This document shows positions 16,919-21,849 of a stretch of 21,849 nt of DNA, piece by piece. Below the pieces are notes generated by a model, which saw only the letters and a list, made by a program, of their open reading frames with translations, ran no database searches and was not told where the DNA came from. The position numbers and the translations under genes were made by a program. Each line of letters opens with the position of its first letter. Positions within the stretch are counted from its first letter, which is position 1. This stretch comes from a virus (Duplodnaviria > Heunggongvirae > Uroviricota > Caudoviricetes), in the IMG/VR virus record IMGVR_UViG_2693429728_000015, positions 1 through 21,849 of that record, one strand, 5' to 3'.

Positions 16919-18571
16919 ATGTCCTTAGAGTTTATCAAAGAACAGTTGTCAGATTTTATCTCATCTACAGAACCAGAAGTAATGGCTATACAGGGTGAAT
17001 GGGGAATTGGTAAAACCTATACTTGGAATACGTTCCTAAAAGATAATAAAGATAAGGTTGCATTTAATAGATATAGTTATGTCTCTCTTTTTGGTATAAA
17101 TTCACTAGATTCTTTAAAGTATTCTATTTTTGAGAATGCAATTACAAAGGAATATATTGGAAATAAACCTGATTTGGAGACAGCAACAACAAACGCAAGT
17201 GGACTTTTTGAATCATTTTCTCGAAAAGCAGCAGGTTTGTTAAAAGAAGTTCCTGTTGTAAAAAACTTCTCTACGACACTTGAAGCAATGTCATTTCTGA
17301 CCGTTTCTAAAATGATTGTAGTAATAGATGACTTAGAAAGGCGTGGCAAAAATTTAGATGTTAAAGATGTTTTAGGGCTAGTATCTCTATTAAAAGAGCA
17401 GAAGGATTGTAAGGTGGTTCTATTGCTTAACAATGGCACAGCTAGTATGGAGGATTATTCTACTTATAAAGAAAAGGTCATTGATAGAGATATCACTTAC
17501 AATCCAACACCAGAAGAATGCGCAGATATAGCCTATAAAGGTGATTCTCATGTTTATAACTTGTTAAGTAAATATTCCATTTCTTTAGGTATCAAGAATA
17601 TTCGAATCTTAAAAAAGATAGAACGTTTTTTCGTGTCCTTAATACCAAATATTATAGGTGATGTTGAGACAATTTCAAATGAAGTTGCGCATTCATTAAC
17701 TCTGTATTGTTGGAGCCATTACGGATTTTCTCCAGAGGGAGATGTGCCATCACTAGAATATATTAGGGGAGTGAGGAATATATATACTTATAATGACAAG
17801 GAAGAAGGCCATGAGAAAATCTGGCTTAATACCTTGCTTAAATATGGATATAGAAAAACGAATGATCTTGATGAGGTTCTTATTGATATGGTTAGATATG
17901 GCTATCTTGATAAGAGCAGTTTCCAAAGACAAATAAGCCTAAGGAATGAGGAGATTACGCGTGATAATAAACGAGGTTCCTTATCTGAGGCATGGCAGTT
18001 CTTTCATAATTCATTTGATGACAATCAAAATCAGGTTGTTGACAAGCTATATCAAGCGGTGGTTGATGGGATGAAGTATGTGACTCCAAGTGATTTAGAT
18101 AATGTTGTCGGACTATATAGGGATTTCGGAGAGAATGCTAAGGCGAGTGAATTGATTGAACAGTTTATTAATTATGGTAACGATGCTCTAAAGGAATATG
18201 TTCAATCTATTTATGTGAATGTTCATCCCGTAAGAGATACTGAGTTGTTGTCAAAAATTCAAGCCTATTCTAAGATTATAAATATTGATGGTTCAATATA
18301 TGATGTTCTTAAGAAATTATCAGGTCAGAATGGTTGGTCTGATAGACATGAGGAAATATTGGATGCTGCTTCAGTAGATGACTACTATCAATTATTTAAA
18401 AATGTCATTCTTGATGGTGGTGATTCAATAATAGCTACGGCGCTTAAATTCGGAAATTTTAGTAATGGTTCTGATAGAATGAATCGTATAGGGAAAAAGG
18501 CAAGGGATGCCTTGATAAGAATTGGAGATGAATCGGCGATTAATAAAATGCGTGTAAGGCGATTTTTGTGA
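16919..18571 (+). CDS. KAP-family P-loop NTPase
   Basis: ORF track starts at 16727. ATG 16919 is preferred because AGGAGAAAA lies upstream and two TATAAT boxes lie at 16871-16890. Walker A 'QGEWGIGKTYTW' (GxWGxGK[ST], KAP-type); Walker B 'MIVVIDDLERRGK'. No TM helix seen within it. AT-rich. Confidence 0.75.
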   Translation: MSLEFIKEQLSDFISSTEPEVMAIQGEWGIGKTYTWNTFLKDNKDKVAFNRYSYVSLFGINSLDSLKYSIFENAITKEYIGNKPDLETATTNASGLFESFSRKAAGLLKEVPVVKNFSTTLEAMSFLTVSKMIVVIDDLERRGKNLDVKDVLGLVSLLKEQKDCKVVLLLNNGTASMEDYSTYKEKVIDRDITYNPTPEECADIAYKGDSHVYNLLSKYSISLGIKNIRILKKIERFFVSLIPNIIGDVETISNEVAHSLTLYCWSHYGFSPEGDVPSLEYIRGVRNIYTYNDKEEGHEKIWLNTLLKYGYRKTNDLDEVLIDMVRYGYLDKSSFQRQISLRNEEITRDNKRGSLSEAWQFFHNSFDDNQNQVVDKLYQAVVDGMKYVTPSDLDNVVGLYRDFGENAKASELIEQFINYGNDALKEYVQSIYVNVHPVRDTELLSKIQAYSKIINIDGSIYDVLKKLSGQNGWSDRHEEILDAASVDDYYQLFKNVILDGGDSIIATALKFGNFSNGSDRMNRIGKKARDALIRIGDESAINKMRVRRFL

Positions 18572-18578
18572 TTTTTAT

Positions 18579-18600
18579 AGGGGTGATTAACCCCTTTTTA
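18579..18600. terminator. Bidirectional rho-independent terminator between the convergent KAP and Q genes
   Basis: AGGGGT-gatta-ACCCCT hairpin (18579-18595) flanked by a T-tract (18596-18599) and, on the other side, an A/T tract. Confidence 0.6.
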
Positions 18601-18601
18601 T

Positions 18602-19630
18602 CTAATTTAATGAGTAATCATTAAATGCTATGATTTTTTCATTTAGCCAAGTATTAATTTCTATAAGCCTTTTTTGTAACGGAATTAATTCATTTCGGAC
18701 AAAGACTTTACTAGCCTTTTCCACATCCCCAAACCCCCCAACATTATTCGGCATTATCCCCATCATTTGCGGCGGCACGCGGTGTGCCGCCATCATGTCG
18801 TCCCGGCTCACGTTCTTGATATTCAAAAACTCATCCTTCGCTGCGACCTCTGACAACGGGATAATCTGAAGCCCGTCCTTTTTGCCGTTAGGCGAGTACA
18901 TAAACAGGTTGCGGAAGTTGCCCGGACCTTTGGCGCTTTTCATCGCGTTGCGGAGGTTGTTCACATCCTCTTGGTTTTGCGCAGCATCGGTCATATACAT
19001 GATGAAGCCTGCATGGCTGCCGTTAATGTAATACTTACGGCGGAACAACGTGGCGGACTCGTTGAGCAGAGCTGACGGAATGGCAGAAAGATAACCGGGC
19101 AGGCCGTAGATCTCCTGGTTGATATCCGGTTCCATCAGATGAAAGATGCTGCCTTTCGTGAACTGATACGGCTGCGTAGTCATGCCGTATTGCACAAACC
19201 AGTAGGTATCCAGGTCTAACCCGCGTCGGGTGTATTTTGCCAGCGCAGGTTCAAGGGCGATAACTTCACCGAAGCGGTTCGTGCGTTTCTCCAGGTAAGC
19301 GTTACCAAATACCAGATAGTCCTGCACAAAACGTGAAAAAGCCTGCTGGCTGAGAAGCGGGTGAGGGATGTAGGTACTGGTCAGAATGTTGCATTTCACC
19401 GCAATTGGTGAACTGTGATGCACGGCAGCGCGGAAGGTTCGCGCCAGTCCGTCAAAACTCACTGGCGGCTCATACCAGCGATCTGTCTGTACGCATTCTA
19501 CATAGTCCAGCAGTTCGCGGCGGTCCAGAACAGGAACGGGATCGCCAAAGCTGAATGCTTCGGCTGAAGTCTGGCTTTTGTGCTGAATCTGGTTCGTCGA
19601 CACAGCGCGGTTCTTCTTACTCTTTCCCAT
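18602..19630 (-). CDS. Q: P2 gpQ-type portal protein
   Basis: ORF track starts at TTG 19633; ATG at 19630 is preferred and overlaps the P stop by 1 nt. 'VLDRRELLDYVECVQTDRWYEPPVSFDGLARTFRAAVHHSSP...GPGNFRNLFMYSPNGKKDGLQIIPLSEVAAKDEF' matches P2 Q as I recall it. Confidence 0.85.
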   Translation of the reverse strand: MGKSKKNRAVSTNQIQHKSQTSAEAFSFGDPVPVLDRRELLDYVECVQTDRWYEPPVSFDGLARTFRAAVHHSSPIAVKCNILTSTYIPHPLLSQQAFSRFVQDYLVFGNAYLEKRTNRFGEVIALEPALAKYTRRGLDLDTYWFVQYGMTTQPYQFTKGSIFHLMEPDINQEIYGLPGYLSAIPSALLNESATLFRRKYYINGSHAGFIMYMTDAAQNQEDVNNLRNAMKSAKGPGNFRNLFMYSPNGKKDGLQIIPLSEVAAKDEFLNIKNVSRDDMMAAHRVPPQMMGIMPNNVGGFGDVEKASKVFVRNELIPLQKRLIEINTWLNEKIIAFNDYSLN

Positions 19631-21396
19631 CAAAAAATCTCCACAATATTGCTGGTATTGGCGGACTCGCCCTGCAGCGGTTCGTTAAACAGTGCGTGCA
19701 TGGTTGCCCAGGCCAGATCGGCATGGCTGGCTTCTTCGCTGCGGCTGGCTTCATAGGTCGGGCGGTTGCCGCTGGCGGTGGTGGCGCGACGGATTGCCAT
19801 AAATGACTGCGCTATGTCGGTGTGTCCGGCGTCAAACTCCAGACGGCGGTGACTGATAATGTCGTAGGCCTTGAGTACCAGGGCATTTTTAACGTTGGGG
19901 TTGTAGACAAACTCCCGGACGGCAGGAAAAAACGCTTTCACGTTCTCGTAAACCCCGTGACCGACGCCGGTTGAGTCGATACCGATGTATGTCACGTTGT
20001 ACTGTTCAGTCAGTTTTTTGATGGCGTCAGCCTGGGCGCGGAAGTCCATCCCGCGCCACTGGTGACGCTCAAGAATGCGGAACTTACCGCCCGGCACGGC
20101 TGGCGGTGCCACCACCACGCATCCGGCGCTGTCGCCGTTCTGCGTACCTTTTGCCGGGTCATAACCGATCCACACTTCGCGCCAGCCAAACGGGCGCAGC
20201 GCCAGTGCATGAAAGTCGGTCCAGACTTCCCAGCTGTCCACCATGCACGCCTGTAGTTCGCTGAGCGGGAACACGGACGCGAGATCGTCCACAAACTCGC
20301 ACATCAGCAGGTTCTGGTATTCGTCCGGGCTGTATTCCATGCGCAACTGGTCAAGGTCGAACAGGTTACAGCCACTGCGCACCGCATCTTCCACGGTGAC
20401 TATCTGGCGGTATTGCCCGTCAGCGCACAGCAGGCCGGGGGCCAGATTGCTGTGGGACAGATCAATGTCCACCTTGTCGGCTTTGTTGCGTCCACGGTTG
20501 AACAGCGCACCGGACCAGAACGGATAAGCACTGTGGGTCAGGCTGGATGGTGTGGAAAAATAGGTCTGCCGCCATTTCTTGTGAATAGCCATACCGGAAG
20601 CCACTTTGCGTAGCTCCTGAAATTTCGGTATCCAGAAATATTCATCCAGATACAGGTTGCCGTGATAACTCTGGGCCGTGCGGGCATTGGTGCCGAGGAA
20701 GTAAAGCGTGGCCCCGTTAGGAAGCACCATCGGATCGCCTTTCAGTTCCACATCCACTTCTTTGGCGAAGTCGATGATGTACTGCTTAAAGACGTGGGCC
20801 TGTGCCTTACTGGCGGAAAGGAAAATCTGGTTACGTCCGGTAAGCAGGGCGTCAATCAGGGCTTCACGGGCAAAGTAAAAGGTCGCGCCGATCTGGCGTG
20901 ACTTCAGCAGGTTGCGGATGCGGTTGGTTTTTCCGGCTTCCCACCAGTGGCGCTGGTAGTTGAACATGGAGGAATGGAAGATTTCTTCCAGCTTCTCAAT
21001 CTGTTCATCGGTGAAGACATTCTTTTCCGGCTGACGGCGCGGGCCTTTGTTGCGGTTGGCGACGTTAGGGTTTAAGTCAGCTTCGTTGCCGCCATTGTTA
21101 AACTTGCCGATCCGCGCGTGGCGCTCAGACTGGCGCGCCAGCAGGTCAATCTCTTTGAAATCTTTCCCTTCTTTGTGCTCCTTCATAATGAGCTGGCAGT
21201 AGCGTGCGGCGGTGGTGAGCTGCATCTGATCCAGCGGCCCATAGTCACCCCACTTGTCGCGTTTTTTCCAGCTGTGAACGGTTGCAACTTTCTCGCCCAG
21301 CATTTCAGCAATGCGGGCGACGCGGTATCCCTGAAAGTACAGCAGCATGGCCTGCCGACGGGGATCGAGATCTGCGGGTGTCAGTGTGGTGTTCAT
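19630..21396 (-). CDS. P: P2 gpP-type terminase ATPase (large) subunit
   Basis: 588-aa ORF, GC-rich. Size and position (upstream of Q, divergent from O) match P2 P. Confidence 0.85.
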   Translation of the reverse strand: MNTTLTPADLDPRRQAMLLYFQGYRVARIAEMLGEKVATVHSWKKRDKWGDYGPLDQMQLTTAARYCQLIMKEHKEGKDFKEIDLLARQSERHARIGKFNNGGNEADLNPNVANRNKGPRRQPEKNVFTDEQIEKLEEIFHSSMFNYQRHWWEAGKTNRIRNLLKSRQIGATFYFAREALIDALLTGRNQIFLSASKAQAHVFKQYIIDFAKEVDVELKGDPMVLPNGATLYFLGTNARTAQSYHGNLYLDEYFWIPKFQELRKVASGMAIHKKWRQTYFSTPSSLTHSAYPFWSGALFNRGRNKADKVDIDLSHSNLAPGLLCADGQYRQIVTVEDAVRSGCNLFDLDQLRMEYSPDEYQNLLMCEFVDDLASVFPLSELQACMVDSWEVWTDFHALALRPFGWREVWIGYDPAKGTQNGDSAGCVVVAPPAVPGGKFRILERHQWRGMDFRAQADAIKKLTEQYNVTYIGIDSTGVGHGVYENVKAFFPAVREFVYNPNVKNALVLKAYDIISHRRLEFDAGHTDIAQSFMAIRRATTASGNRPTYEASRSEEASHADLAWATMHALFNEPLQGESANTSNIVEIF

Positions 21397-21442
21397 GACA
21401 CAAACCTACAGCCTTGAATGAAGGCTTTCCCCGCCTGCGGTT

Positions 21443-21460
21443 TGTGTGGTTGTCGGTACA
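21443..21460 (+). promoter_or_regulatory. TGT-N12-ACA element (P2 late-promoter Ogr/Delta-type activator site) in the divergent P-O intergenic region
   Basis: TGTgtggttgtcggtACA. Its centre is about 88 nt upstream of the O start codon, which fits an activator site near -55 if the leader is about 30 nt. Confidence 0.4.
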
Positions 21461-21538
21461 AATACCGCGCATTGTTTCACTGCCCCCATCACCGCAACCA
21501 TAAGGCTCCAGTAAGTTTTTTCTAACGGAGCACGGCTC

Positions 21539-21849
21539 ATGACAGTGAAAGCAAAGCGTTTTCGCATCGGGGTGGAAGGTGCCACCACTGATGGACGCGA
21601 AATCCAGCGTGAATGGCTGGAACAGATGGCAGCCAGCTACAACCCGGCGGTGTATACCGCGCTGATTAACCTTGAGCACATCAAGTCTTATCTTCCGGAC
21701 AGCACCTTTAACCGCTACGGCAAGGTGACGGCGCTGTTTGCTGAAGAAATCACGGAAGGTCCGCTGGCAGGCAAGATGGCGCTGTATGCCGACGTTGAGC
21801 CAACGGAGTCCCTGGTGGAACTGGTGAAAAAAGGCCAGAAATTATTCAC
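21539..21849 (+). CDS. O: P2 gpO-type capsid scaffolding protein (3' end truncated by the window)
   Basis: Open frame from ATG 21539 to the window end (103 codons, no stop); not in the ORF track because it is partial. 'FRIGVEGATTDGREIQREWLEQMAASYNPAVYTALINLEHIKSYLPDSTFNRYGKV' resembles P2 O. Confidence 0.75.
   Translation, partial: MTVKAKRFRIGVEGATTDGREIQREWLEQMAASYNPAVYTALINLEHIKSYLPDSTFNRYGKVTALFAEEITEGPLAGKMALYADVEPTESLVELVKKGQKLF

Noticed and set aside
19555-21679. Short ORFs on both strands within or opposite terminase P and the P-O intergenic region
   Set aside because: Overlap the terminase gene or the intergenic promoter region; no start signals; GC-rich shadow frames.
1-21849. CRISPR array, IS element or transposase, rRNA or intact tRNA
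   Set aside because: No regularly spaced direct repeats, no transposase-like ORF, no terminal inverted repeats and no cloverleaf-compatible tRNA sequence were seen on reading the window.

Overview
This window appears to be a junction of two integrative elements sharing a tmRNA (ssrA) attachment site, with three AT-rich cargo loci that look like candidate defence modules. All product calls are from reading motifs in the supplied translations by eye; no database search was run. (1) Left element, 1-5473: a P4-family tyrosine integrase (minus strand) with a two-gene AT-rich cargo beside it, a cytoplasmic histidine-kinase-like protein followed by a receiver-domain protein with a large unknown C-terminal domain. 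(2) 5597-5641: a 45-nt copy of the ssrA 3' end on the minus strand, with a hairpin/T-tract just beyond it, read as an att-site direct repeat. (3) Right element, about 5650 to the window end: a 186/Fels-2-like P2-family prophage. It has int and cI on the minus strand, then apl, cII, small early genes, a TraR/DksA-like zinc finger, an ASCH-like protein, Dam methylase and replication protein A on the plus strand, followed by an SOS-box-controlled DinI-like module, then portal Q and terminase P (minus) and the start of scaffold O (plus). Two further cargo loci sit in this prophage: a dCTP-deaminase-like protein with a C-terminal membrane anchor plus a ThyX-like protein between int and the att repeat, and a membrane protein plus a KAP-type P-loop NTPase between gene A and gene Q. 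No CRISPR array, rRNA, intact tRNA or transposase was seen.
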